DNA from: Mobula hypostoma
Taxonomy: Eukaryota
Assembly (NCBI RefSeq): GCF_963921235.1
Contig: NC_086107.1
Coordinates: 101,682,001 to 101,746,000, forward strand
Length of the DNA stretch: 64,000 bases
Reading direction: 5' to 3'
The notes beneath the pieces were generated by a model. That model did no database searches. It was given only the letters and a program-made list of their open reading frames with translations, and was not told the origin of the DNA. Below, piece by piece: positions 51,275-63,909 of the stretch (position 1 is the stretch's first letter; every line of letters starts with the position of its first letter). The translations under genes and the position numbers were made by a program.

Positions 51275-52255
51275 GAACACACATCAAAGTTGCTGGTGAA
51301 CGCAGCAGGCCAGGCAGCATCTCTAGGAAGAGATACAGTCGAAGTTTCAGGCCGACACCCGTCGTCAGGACTAACTGAAGAAAGAGCTAGTAACAGATTT
51401 AAAAGTGGGAGGGGGAGATCCAAAATGATAGGAGAAGACAAGGGGGGGAGGGATGGAGCCAAGAGCTGGACAGATGATTGGCAAAAGGGATATGAGAGGA
51501 TCATGGGACAGGAGGCCCAGGGAGAAGGAAAAGGGGGAGGGGTGGAAAAACCCAGAGAATGGGCAAGGGGTATAGTCAGAGGGACAGAGGGAGAAAAAGG
51601 AGAGTGAGAGAAAGAATGTGTGTATATAAATAACGCATGGGGTACGAGGGGGAGGTGGGGCATTAGCGGAAGTTAATAAGTCAATGTTCATGCCATCAGG
51701 TTGGAGGCTACCCATACAGAATATAAGGTGTTGTTCCTCCAACCTGAGTGTGGCTTCATCTTTACAGTAGAGGAGGCCGTGGAGAGACATGTCAGAATGG
51801 GAATGGGATGTGGAATTAAAATGTGTGGCCACTGGGAGATCCTGCTTTCTCTGGCGGACAGAGTGTAGGTGTTCAACAAAACAATCTTCCAGTCTGCGTC
51901 GGGTCTTGCCAATATATAGAAGGCCACATCGGGAGCACCGGACGCAGTATATCACCCCAGCTGACGCACAGGTGAAGTGTCGCCTCACCTGGAAGGACTG
52001 CCTGGGGCCCTGAATGGTGGTAAGGGAGGAAGTGTAAGGGCATGTTCTCCGTAACTTCCGCCACCTCCAACGGGATCCCACCACTAAGCACATCTTTCCC
52101 TCCCCCCCCCCGCCGCTTTCTGCAAGGATCGCTCCCTACGCGACTCCCTTGTCCATTCGTCCCCCCCATTCCTCCCTACTGATCTCCCTCCTGGCACTTA
52201 TCCTTGTAAGCGGAACAAGTGCTACACATGCCCTTACACTTCCTCCCTTACCAAT
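51275..52255 (-). mobile_element. Penelope-like element 3' part: GIY-YIG endonuclease, pseudo-LTR with hammerhead, and an inverted 5' segment
   Basis: Motif FTC...GVIYCVRCSRCGLLYIGKT.R.L...EH...HFN...P.GMN. The hammerhead is at 51337-51372, and 52046-52255 is inverted. Confidence 0.9.
51337..51372 (-). ncRNA. Minimal hammerhead motif with a mutated stem III palindrome
   Basis: AGTC-CTGACGA-CGGGTGTCGGCCT-GAAA-CTTC-GACT; ACGT is changed to ACTT. Confidence 0.6.
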
Positions 52256-52310
52256 TATCATGTGGATGCTGTTTCTACCCTGAGCAATACATAGGACTGG
52301 AATAATACCA

Positions 52311-52510
52311 GGCAAGGCACTTAACCACACATTGCTCTGCGACGACACCAGTGCCAAGCTGTGTCGGCCCTAGTGCCCCTCCCTTGGACAACATTGGTGG
52401 CGTGGAGAGGGGAGACTTGCAGCATGGGCAACCGCCAGTCTTCCATACAACCTTGCCCAGGCCTGTGCCCTGGAAACCTTCCATGGTCTCATGAGACTAA
52501 CGGATGCCTA
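52311..52510 (+). mobile_element. Bipartite RTE-derived SINE fragment
   Basis: 52340-52474 matches the reverse complement of RTE 5' UTR 8897-9032. 52480-52508 matches the RTE 3' terminus (reverse complement of about 5394-5422). Confidence 0.85.
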
Positions 52511-53519
52511 TAATGGGAAAGATCAATTGTAGACAAGTGGATTCCAGGTGATATAATTTTTGGCAATTTTTAATTTGAGAATAGTTCTTGTATGAAAATT
52601 GCTCCAAAGCAAATAGGATTTTACTGTGATCAGTACAGGAACTATTCCTGCTATGTTTAATTGATTATTTATATCACGATTGTGGTGATGGAAGAGGAGA
52701 CCTGTGATTTATTTTAGCTTCATTTGATTAACAGTGTATTAGGCCGTTAGCCTAGCTACCACAACTACTGTGGTGTGCTCAAACTAAGAAAAGTCCTCTG
52801 CTAGTTTGGCCATCAATCACTAAATTATTGGCATAAAACAGATTACAGACAGCATTTCCACCTCTCAGTTCCATTCTCAGATTACTAGCAAATAAGGGTA
52901 ACAATTTATAGATCCTCTCAAAGTCTCCTTGAATAAGTATAAATTTCCTACTGGTTTGTGGAAATTCCTGATCTATGACCAATCAAAATGGGGAAGGAGC
53001 ATTTAGGATAGTATTGATAATCTCTGGTCCAATGATTAAGAACAAAAGGCTAGCAGAAGCTCACTGACTCCTGAATTAACCAACTGATACCCTGCTATTT
53101 AACTTCGTCTCTACTCATGGCAGAGGCTACAAATCCATAAACTAATTTAGAAGTGGAGCATATGCAAGTCATCCTTGAGCCCAACAGAATGCTGAAGAGA
53201 GAAAAAGGAGACTGACACTGATAAAACTAAACAAATTTGGGTAGATTGGTTTGCTATTTATGCCAATGTTTAGGACAGCATGCCCAAATACTTCCATGAG
53301 ATGAGCCATTCATATGTAAATGCCTACAACTACATTTTTCTTCCAAGCTTGACGTGAATACAGTTTTGCATAAGTAATTCAATCCTACAAAGCAAAATGG
53401 TCCCTTGTTACATTGCAGATCCTCCAAAGCAAAGTTCTATGATTGACAGCAGCATTTGCTGCTAAATGGTTGATGGAAGTAGCAGCAGTGTTTTATTCCT
53501 TTTCCTAAAAGCTACCTTC

Positions 53520-54550
53520 AGAATCAGAATTAGAATCAGGTTTATTATCACTGACCTATGTCGTAGAATTTGTAGTTTTGTGGCAGCAATAGAATGCAAA
53601 ACTTAAATATTACTACAGGTTACAAACTAAATACATAGTGCCAAAGACAAATTACGAGGTAGTGTTCATGGGTTCATAACTGCTGGTGTGGCTTCTTTGT
53701 GACTGCATCAATGTATTGAGCCCAGGATAGATCACAAGACTGATGGTGATGACTCTGGGTCTTCAGGCTCCTGTACCTCCTCCCAATGGTAGTAATGCCA
53801 AGACAGTACGTCCTAGATGCTGAGGGTCTTTAATGATGCATGCTGCCTTCTTGATGCATGGCCTTTTAAAATCATCTTCAATGGTGAGGAGGGTTATGCC
53901 CCTGATGGAGCTGTATCTTTCTGCAGCTTCTTTCAATCCTGCATATTAGAGCCACCATACCAGGTGCTGATGAAATCAGTCAGAATGCTCTCCACCATAC
54001 ATCTGTAGAAATTTGCAAGAGTCTTTGGGACATACAAAATCTCCTCAAACTCCTAAGAAGGTAAAGCTGCTGGTGTGCCTTCTTTGTGATTGCATCAATG
54101 TGTTGAGCCCTGGATAGATCCTCTGAGTTGCTGACACCCAAAAACTTGAAGCTGCTCCTCTTGTCACCACTGACCCCTCAAATGAAGACTGGTGTGTATT
54201 CTCCTAACTTCTCCATCCTGAAGCTCACAATTAATTCCTTCCTCTTAATGCCACTGAATTTGAGGTTTACAGATGGTTTTTGAGCTGTGTCTAGCCACAC
54301 AGTTATGAGTCTAGAGAGAGAAGAGCAGTGGACTAAACACAAATCCTTGTGGTGTGCCTATAGATTGTCAGCAAGGAAAATGTTACCACCAATCTGCACT
54401 GACTGTAGTCTTCTAATAAGGAAAGTTAAGAATCCAGTTGCAGGGGAAAGTACAGAGGCTCAGGTTTAGAAGCTTATTAATTAGTAATGAGGGGATGAAA
54501 GTGTTGAACAGGGAGCTGTAATCGATGAACAACAATCTACGGTATGCCTT
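53520..54550 (-). mobile_element. Decayed Rex1-type LINE 3' fragment
   Basis: Has a (cagaat)n tail and resembles 11670-12900. Confidence 0.65.
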
Positions 54551-55384
54551 TCCTCATCTCGGTACCTTCAGTAAAATTCAGCACTTTAGCTATTTTGTCG
54601 GAGGACCCATAAGAAATAATTGCAAAGGTGGTACTGGTCCACTAAGTATCATATAATGTAATGAAAACATTACACTACTGATAAGGTTTTTTAAAAAATA
54701 AGTAGCTTCTGATTGAGAGAGACATTTACTTGATGAACTATGGGTGTTGTGAATTCCATAGCATCTGGTAGACCACAGCTTTAAAAATTGCATTAATTCA
54801 ATTACAGTAAGGCTCTATATAATTAACACATAATATTTTGCTCCTGTCCTCAAATCTTCTTGTGATAAAGGCCCGCACACCATTTGTCTTGAATAAAAAA
54901 AGAAACTGCTAGAGACACTCAGCCAATCAGACAGAACTCCATTTCAGGTCAATGACCCTTCATCAGATTTGGAGAGATTGCCTTCCATTGCCCTCTGAGT
55001 GCTTGCGTGTTAGCCTTCAGTGATGTGCAGAAGGACATCTAGATCTCTTTGAATATTCCCCAGTCTTTTATCATTTAAGAAACCAGTTTTCTATTTTGTG
55101 CACCAAAGTGGATTAGGTGTGATCTACCACATTGAAAAATATTCTCAGCCATCTGGCATCCATTTGGAGAAAGGTGCCAGTTGCATAAATAATTTGGCTG
55201 CATGAGAATTCAAAAAATATTATTGCACTTCACACACTAGTACGCTCTCCATAAAACTTCAAAAATATTAATGAACTATGTATAATCTCCTAATTCTTTT
55301 AAAGAACAATGTTTTACCCTACAATTCTATATTTAAAGGCTAAAGGTAAAATGTAATAGAGTAGAGCAGTAGAGCTACTAGGAC

Positions 55385-56010
55385 TTGATGTTTCAATCCC
55401 TATGGTAAGTTGGCACTCTCGATGTTGGCAGTGGGCTTGGAGTGTTGACAAGGAGGGAGGGTAGGTATGTCATTGAGGTCATCAGGTGGGCACCCTCCTT
55501 CTTTGAAGTTTCGTTGATAAGCCCATGATATCTCCAGCAGGCTCAACGGTGCTACCTGGCGTCCCAGATACACCCCCCTCAGTTCCATACCCTCCTGTCT
55601 TCATCTTGCAGCCCAGTTGTTGTCTTTCCTTTTAATCCAAATCCAATTGCTGCTTTCTTCTGCTGCGTTTGACAAGGACTTGATTGCTTGTTGAAGGGAG
55701 TGACCCCTCACCCCCATCTTCTTCAATAGACTGGTCGTAGATATAGCAACGAATCCCCTGCATCCCACTTCTACAGGGAAAATCTTGGTCTTCCAGCCAT
55801 TCTGGGCAGCTTCAGTTGCCAGTTCAGAGTACTTGGTCTTTTTCCTCTCATAAGCTTCTTTGACACCATCTTCCCACAGTACTGTCAATTCCACAACCTA
55901 TGCCAGCTTGGCTATTGTGGACCACAGGACCATGTCTGGCCGGAGTATTGTAGCCGCAATGTCTGGGCGAAACACAAGCTTTTTTTCCCCAAGTCCATGT
56001 CCATTTTCCA
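55385..56010 (-). mobile_element. 3' fragment of a second HERO/R2-superfamily element (RLE domain and 3' UTR)
   Basis: Motif ELTVLWED...YERKKTKY...PVEVGCRGF...SNWIWIKR; stop codon at 55601. Confidence 0.85.
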
Positions 56011-56388
56011 ATCCCGAGCAAAATAAAAGTAAATTTGCCAGTTGCATGCGAATTCTGGGTGCATTCATACAAGATGAATGTGTTTAATATATATTCTGTC
56101 TGCTGTGCTTTATTTTACTCACGAAGGTTATCGATTTCCTTTATATCCCCCACCTAATTAATAATCCTACCCAGTTTAGTGCCAAGAACAAACTTGGAAA
56201 TATGGCGTTTGGTCCCCTCATCCAAATCATTGATACAGAATGCAAACTGATGTGGCCAAGCATTGATCCCTGCAATACTCTACTATTCACAGCTTGCTGA
56301 CTTGAGAAAGCTGCTGACTCCAACTCTTTGCTTTCTGTCAACAAATCTTAATCCATTCCAGTATATTACCCCTAATACCATGTGCTCT

Positions 56389-59300
56389 ACCTCTCAAAGT
56401 CCAACGCTACATCCCCATCGTGAAAGGTGGAAATGGGTAAAGCTGGCCACCAGGGCTCTTGAGAAGCCGTACAGGCCAATCCCTTGGTCAGAAACATTGA
56501 TGAACTCCAACCCAGACCATCGACTTTGTGAGAAGAGGCTCATTATTGAGTGAACACACAAAGCAGTGTAGGGAAAGTCATCAGGATCCTGCACAGCCAA
56601 CAACTCTTTTGTTGCCAAAGTCCATATCTACCTTGGGTACCTGGGATGTGAAAATCATGTACCATGTAGGAAAATCCACCATCATAGCAAATGAAGTGAA
56701 AAGGTACAAACAGTCAGTTCTTGGATTGAGTGAGACAAGGTGGATGTCATTTGGGGAGACCCGACTGACAAGCGGGATAAGTATCACCTCAGTAAGTAAA
56801 TAAAAAATAATAAATAAGTGGAGAAATGGGATTGCTGGAATTGCTCAGGGTAATGAGGCTGTGCGGCTCGAAGTGCCAAAAGGGCCTACTCCGGGGCTGT
56901 AGCTCAATAAATAAATAAATAGATACATACATACATACTCAGGCCATACACAGGGTGTAGCCTTCACAATGACATTAGAAGCATGTACAGTCATGATTGT
57001 ATGGGAAGCCATCAGTTCCAGAATCATCACTGCTAGCTTTAAAATCAAGCACGAGAAGATAACAGCTCGAGTTATCCAATGTTACACACCATCAAATGAC
57101 GCTAATGAAGAAAACAAAGATGAATTCTACACGTACTCAGTGCAGTCATCAGCAGAGAGAAGGGAGAAGATCTGACTATTGCCATGGGAGATTTTAAGTG
57201 CCAAAATAGGCAGGGATAATGCAAGATACAAACAGGTCATGGGGAAACACGGCCTCGGAGAAATGAATGAAAATAGGGAGCGATTTGCTGAAACTTGTGC
57301 TAACTTCAAGCTAGTTATTGGAGGAAGCTTACTCCCACACCAGTAACTACACAAGGCAACATGGATGTCACCAAACCAAGTAACAGAGAACCAGATCGAC
57401 CACATATGCATCTCAAAGAAATTTTGAAGATCACTCCATGATGTAAGAGTGAAACGTGGTGCAAATTAAGGATCAGACCAACATCTTCTGATTGCCAAAG
57501 TACAGATGAAGCTAAAAAGAAGCTACGCACCACCCAACCAGTGACTGAAGTACAATGTCAGGTACCTGAAAGGCAAAGGGACAGCTCAGAGATTTGCCCT
57601 CACACTTTTCTACAGGTTCTAGGCACTTGAGAATCTTGATATTGAAGACAAGTGGACAGCTTTCAAAGAGGCAATAAATGAAACTTGTGAGGAAGTGCTG
57701 GGAAAAAAGACATTTGAGCATAAGGAGTGGATTACACCAGAAATGGTGGAAACAATCAACAAAAGGAGAACACTGAAACAAAAATGCAATGGAAGCAGAA
57801 CTAGGAATGAGAAAGTGGAGGCACAGAGAGAATTTGACAGAGAGCACAAGGAAGTAAAGAGAAACATCAAGAGGGACAGGAGAGAGTACATCAACACCCT
57901 TGCATTCTAAGCAGAAGCTTCAGCAAATGGGAATATGAAAGAACTATACAATACTGGCAAGAAACCAGGGGGCAAATTCACCTAGATCAACACCTAAATG
58001 AAGGATAAAGATGGAGATGTCCTAACTAAAAAAAACAAACAGCTCCAACATTGGGCACAGTACTTCAAAGAGATTCTGAACAGAAAACCTCCTTTGGAAA
58101 CTCCTTTAATTCCAGAAGCACCATCAGACTTGGATGTCAACTATGCCAAACTAACAAAGTAGGAAATTGTACAGGCAATGAGGCTAAGGTCAGGAAAAGC
58201 AGCTGGCTCAGACTGCTTTGAAGGCAAACCTTAAATCTTCAGCAGATATCCTATACACTTTGTTCTGCAACGTCTGAGATGAAGAAGAGATGCCACTAGA
58301 GTAGAAGAAAAGTCACATAATCAAGCTTCCAAAGAAAGGTAACCTACGAGACTATAAAAACTACAGAGGTATATCCTTAATGTCTGTGGTCGGAAAGGTG
58401 CTAAACAGAATTATTCTGCAATACCTTCAACAAACTGTTGAAGAAGGCTTTAGGGAAGATTGCTCTTGCACAGACCAGATAGCTACCTTAAGAACAATCA
58501 GAGAACAGTCAATCGAATGGACTACTTCCCTCTACATCAACTTCATCAAATATGAGAAAACCTTCAGAGAAACCTTATGGAAACTTATGAAACATTATGG
58601 AATACTGCAGAAATTTATCAATATCATCAGGAACTCCTAAAACATGTCATGCAAAACCATACATGCAGGAAAACTGTCAGAAAGTTTCAATATCAACACT
58701 AGGATGAAGCAGGGATGTTTGATAGTTCCTCTCCTGATCCTGTTGGCAATAGACTGGATTACGAAACAGTCAACAACAAGTGTAAAATGAAATTGAATCC
58801 AGTGGACTATTTGGCAGCAACTTGAAGACCTAGAGTTCTGTCACCCTACGATTTAGCTTTAACCAGCAGATGCAAGAGAAATCAACACTCTTGACCACTA
58901 ATTCCACTATGCTGGGTCTAAGACCAAATGTAGATAAAATGAAAACAATAAGATAAACAGCACCAGCAAGACACCTATAGTGATGAGAGATATAACCCTG
59001 GAAGAAGTAACTTCCTTTATCTATCTTGGAAGCACTATGAATATATATGGTGGAATGGAACAGGTTGTCAAAGCCAGGATCAACAAGGCCAGAATAGTTT
59101 CCAACACCTTGAACAAAGTGTGGAAGTCCAGAGTCACATCAAGGAAAAACAAAATCAGAATCTTCAACTCAGATGTTAAAACAGTGCTCCTATATGGCTC
59201 TGAAACCTGGAGAACACCAAAGAAGACACTACAAAAACTGCAGGCTTTCATTAATCAGTGCCTGAGAAGGATCTTAGACATCAGATGGACTGACAAAGTT

Positions 59301-59616
59301 ACCAACCAAACACTGTGGGGAAACACCAATCAGGAATCCATCAAGATAATAATACACAAATGGAAATAGAGGTGGATTAGTAGACCTTGAGGAAGCCAAC
59401 CAATAACATCACCAGGCAGACATTAAAATGGAATCCTTAAGGAAAAAGGAACATCCAAAGAACACATGGAGGAGAGATATCAAGGCTAAAACTAGATGAT
59501 GGAGACTCTCCTCGTCCACCCTCAAGAAACTGGCTCAGAATAGAGGGCGATGCAGATGGAAGGTCATCAATAGCTTAGTGTCTCCCCTTCGCTAAGGGCC
59601 CTAGAAAAAGGAGAAG
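56389..59616 (+). mobile_element. Near full-length, heavily decayed RTE-clade LINE of a second family, inserted in a CR1 remnant
   Basis: Motifs LGTWDVK, LGLSETRW, IQCYTPSND, SCTDQIATLR and LLYGSETW. A 12-bp TSD ACCATGTGCTCT lies at 56377-56388 and 59617-59628. Confidence 0.88.
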
Positions 59617-59879
59617 ACCATGTGCTCTGGCATTGTAAACCAATTTCAGTAGGCCCCCATTTTCTATCTCCCTTTCTTAAATAATTTATTCCCCTCAAGG
59701 ACTTTCACTGCAGTCCTTTGTGAGTATCTACTCCAGTTACAATGTATCTCCCCTTCAAAAGATTCAGTCTAGTGGTTGCTAATGCATACTAGCTTTTGGT
59801 AATGTAGGCTTGTTTTAACTAGTGTCAACCACTTTTTTTTCCCACTGTTAGTGTTGAGTGTATTCTATCTACAAACTCT

Positions 59880-60960
59880 AAACCTGGGATTCAACACCTC
59901 CCTTTAAACTGACTTCCTGACCCACAGACCACAATAAGTATGGACATTACCAACATCACCACCACGACTATTCTCAATACTGGCACCCCATAATGGCCTT
60001 GTCCTCTGCCCCCACCGTACCCCCTATACAATCACAACTGTGTGGCTAGATTCTTCTCCAACCTCATCTACAATCTGCAGATGATAACACCATAGCGGGC
60101 TGTATCTCAGATAATGATGGGTAGGAGTACAGGAAAGCAATAGAGAGCCTACTGACATAGTATCAGGACAATAACCACTCCCTCAATGCCAGCAAATCAG
60201 AAGAACTAGTCATTAACTTCCAGAAGGTGTGATGCACAAGCTCCTGTTTACCTCAATTGTGCTGAGGTTGAGAGAGTTGAAGACTTCAAATTGTGAGCAT
60301 CACCAATAGCCTGTCCTGGACCAACTACCTTGATGGCAGAGCCAAGAAAGCTCACAACAATTCTAATTCCTTAGGAGCTAAAAAATGTTGATATGTCCCC
60401 TTTGACCTTCATCAGCTATTAATGATGCACCACAGATAGCATCCGATCCAGAAGCATCACAGCTTGGCATGGCAACAGCTCTGCCCTTGACTGCAGGAAA
60501 CTGCAAAGAGTTGTTGTGGGTACAGCTCTACACATCACCAAAACCTACTCCATCAACACCGCCCCCCCCCAGTCCATCTACACTTCTGTCTCAGTAAAAC
60601 AGCCTTATTATATCAACCAGCGTAATCAAAGATCACACCTTCCCCAGGCATTCTCTCTTCTAACCCTCCATAGAAGGTGCAAAAGCCTGAAACTATGTAT
60701 CACCAGGCTCGAAGACAGTTCTATCCCACTATTGAATGGTCCCTTAGTATGATGAGATGGACCCTTGACCTCACAAGTTCTCTTGAGATCTTGCATCTTA
60801 TTGTCTATCTGCACTGCACTTTCTACACTTTATTATGCACTCTGTTATTGTTTTAACTTGTACTATTTCAATGCATCATTGTAATAAATTGATCTGTATG
60901 GACAATATGCAAGTCATGTTTTCCACTGTACCTCGGTAAGTGTGACAATAATAAACAAAT
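59880..60960 (+). mobile_element. Decayed Rex1-type LINE 3' fragment
   Basis: Sequences ctcaatactggcaccc and cagcttggcatggcaac, with a 3' UTR like the other Rex1 copies. Confidence 0.65.
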
Positions 60961-61712
60961 AGTAATAATAAACCAACAATACTGCAATTATGATGAACAG
61001 GAATTATGAAACGGGCATGCCAACTGAATTTCACTGAATAGTTGAAGGTTAATTTTATATTCCAATTCCATACCAGATTTTAGCTACCTCAATATTTGGC
61101 CCAAAAATCAACCAGAAGAAAAATAGAACAGCAAAGAGTGATCAAAGCCAAATCAGCCAAGGAGGGAAATAAATGTTATCCATCCAAGCTGGTTCATTGT
61201 TTCTTCTTGTTTACTGTGAATATCATTAAGGAATATACTGGAATTCACTTTAAGAGAGGAGCTCCAAGATACAGGAAATATCCATCAAATATAATAGAAG
61301 GCTAATAGTCAAAATGTCTAATACAAGGGAGCATGCACTTAAGATGACAGGGGAGAGTTCAAAGAAGATGTGTGGGGCAAGTCTCCTCTCCCTGGACATT
61401 AAGTCCAATCCAAGCTGAAAATATTAGGATAGGCGGAGCAGACCTGATGGGCCAAATGCCCTAATTCTGCTCCTATGTCTTATGGTCTTATATCATGATA
61501 AATCCTCATTTAGGATACAGCATTCTGTCTTGTTTTGCCTTGCTCTGGGAGGACACTTTCATTATAGCGAATGTTTAATTGAATAAAACTTTTTCTGGCC
61601 TGATAACAATTACGTATGAAAACAGGCTCTTAACTGTACATCGATCACCAAATTTAAGAATTCATAGGATATACAGTATAAGAAATGGAAAACTATGATA
61701 AGTGATCATTAC

Positions 61713-61744
61713 CTTTTTCAATAGTAACAACAGTGAATTTCCAC
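61713..61744 (-). CDS. MEI1: Candidate short MEI1 exon (32 nt): ..GNSLLLLLKK
   Basis: Acceptor cttatttttcag and donor AAG|gtaatg. The phase-0 end fits the 45355 acceptor. The peptide resembles recalled MEI1 GNTSLPLVLKK, which directly precedes LLLSRDE. The segment is short, so the match is weak. Confidence 0.5.
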
Positions 61745-62299
61745 CTGAAAAATAAGCTCCTTTATTAAAACATTCAATGTTTAGCATAACCAGGATGAAA
61801 ATCAACTCATACTGCTCAGATTTAAAGGAACAATATACTTGAATATACTAAATTTGTTTTGACTGGATTGTGCTGCTTAAGTTCTGTAGTAATTTTAGAC
61901 CGATATCGTAACAATAAACTCAAAGCCAGACTGAATACTAAAATCCCTCAACTATTGTAACACTCCCACATGTTCAAGTAATCATTTGGGCATGTATATC
62001 CCAGTGAATCTGAATCACAGCAAAAAGTAGCCAAGAATGGGAATGACTACTTTTATCATTAACCTCATCATGGATGCAGTCTGTAGCACCTTCAAGATGC
62101 AATGCAGCAATCAGTTTCTTTGATGACATCTCCTAAACCGATTGATCCTATCTGTATTCAGTAATTACAATGTGCAGTCGAACCAAGAAACTTAATCAGT
62201 GATAAGTAATTGAATTGGAATTATGTTTTTGTTTGTTAGCATAATATAAGCATTTTAAATCTTTTTTACTATTTGAGGAAATAGCAAATAGCAACCGAA

Positions 62300-63180
62300 C
62301 CATATTAACCACAAGTGAAGTGCCAGGGTACTGAAAGGTGGCTAATGTTGTGCCTTCATTTAATAAGGGATGCAAAGAAAAATCTACACTAGAAAGCTCA
62401 ACATCATTGATAGGTAAGTTACTGGAGGGAATTCTGATGGATAAGATTTTCCTGCATTTCAAGAGGCAGAGGTTATTTAGGGATAGTCAGCCTGCTTTTG
62501 TGTGTGGGAGATCATGTCTCATGAATTTGAGGTTTCTGAAGAAATAACCAACAAAGTGGATGAGGCCAAGGTAATAGATGTAGTCTGGACTTCAATAACG
62601 CCTTTGATAAGGCTCTGCGTGGTAGGTTGCTATGGAAGTTACACTGCATAGGATCCAGGGAGAGACAGCAGCAACTGGCTTGGTGGTAGGAAGCAGACAG
62701 TGATTGTGGAAAGTTGTCTTTCATACTGGAAGCATGTGACAGGTATTTCAGGAGTAGTTGATAGGCCCATTATTATTTGTCATCTATATTAATGATTTGT
62801 GAGAGAATGTACAAGGCATGTTTAGTAAATCTACAGATGACACTAAAATAGATAGTGTGGTAAACAGTGAAGACGGTTGTCAAGAACTGCAGTGGGAACT
62901 TGATCAGCTGGGTAAATGGGCTGAAGAATGGCAAATGAATACCAATTCAGACAGCGAAGACGGTTGTCGAGAACTGCAGTGGGAACTTGATCAGCTGGGT
63001 AAATGGGCTGAAGAATGGCAAATGAATACCAATTCAGATAAGTGTGAAATATTACATTCTTGGAAGACAAATGAGGATACAACTTTCAGAGTGAACAATT
63101 GGGCCCTAAGTGTTGTAGGACAGAGGGATGTGGGAGTACATGGCTCCCTGAAAGTGGACTCACAGGTAGACAGGGTGGTG
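62300..63180 (+). mobile_element. Decayed CR1 RT fragment with an 87-bp tandem duplication
   Basis: Motifs ANVVPSFNKG and SKSTDDTK. The repeat units are 62864-62950 and 62951-63037. Confidence 0.85.
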
Positions 63181-63830
63181 AATGTTGTATATTTAATATT
63201 TCAGTAATACTGTAAATATATCATTTGACTAAGCATTTTTGTTGTTTACATATGGATTTATTGTGTATGCCTGCAATAAATCTCAGAGTTGTATATAGTG
63301 ACATATATGTACTTTGACAATAAATTTACTTTGCACTTCGAATTTTATTTTCAAATCAAAAGTTAGCAGAAGGTTTACATCAGAACTTCCTTGTTCTTTT
63401 TCCAGGAAGACATTCCAAATGTCTGTAGTCACTTCTATGGTATTGCTCACAAATTCTCAGCAAAGGGAACAGTCTCTCTACTTGCTAATATTGTTTCTCT
63501 CTTCACGGCCAATCTGTATTGGCATAGCCTGTCAATCAGGCTGTAATGTTCACCTACTGAGTTCAAGAAAGCATAGTTTGAAATTTAATTTGGAAGCTAC
63601 AAAAATGGTGTAACCTACTGGATAGGAAGGTACAGGATTTAAAACCAGTGACAATGAAAGACTGACAATATAATGCTGAGTGATAGCAGTATGCAACTTG
63701 GATGGGAACCTGCAGATTATGCTCCTCTTTGTGGTAGAGGTCACAGGTTTGGGAGGTGCTGTCAAGGCAGCCTTAGAGAGTTACTGCAACATATTTTGTA
63801 GATAGAACACATTGCAATCACTGTGCAGAG

Positions 63831-63909
63831 CAGGGACTCCAAATCTTTTTTAGGCCATGGACCCTACCATTAACCAAGGGGACTATGGACCCCAAGTTGG
63901 GAACCCCTG
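63831..63909. mobile_element. Possible tiny hAT-like MITE
   Basis: Imperfect TIR CAGGGACTCCAAATC...GTTGGGAACCCCTG; the TSD is not clean. Confidence 0.45.

Noticed and set aside
61713..61837. A longer 125-nt version of the upstream MEI1 exon, which also has an open frame
   Set aside because: The acceptor lacks a pyrimidine tract and the peptide only faintly resembles MEI1. It is not excluded, but it is less well supported than the 32-nt form.
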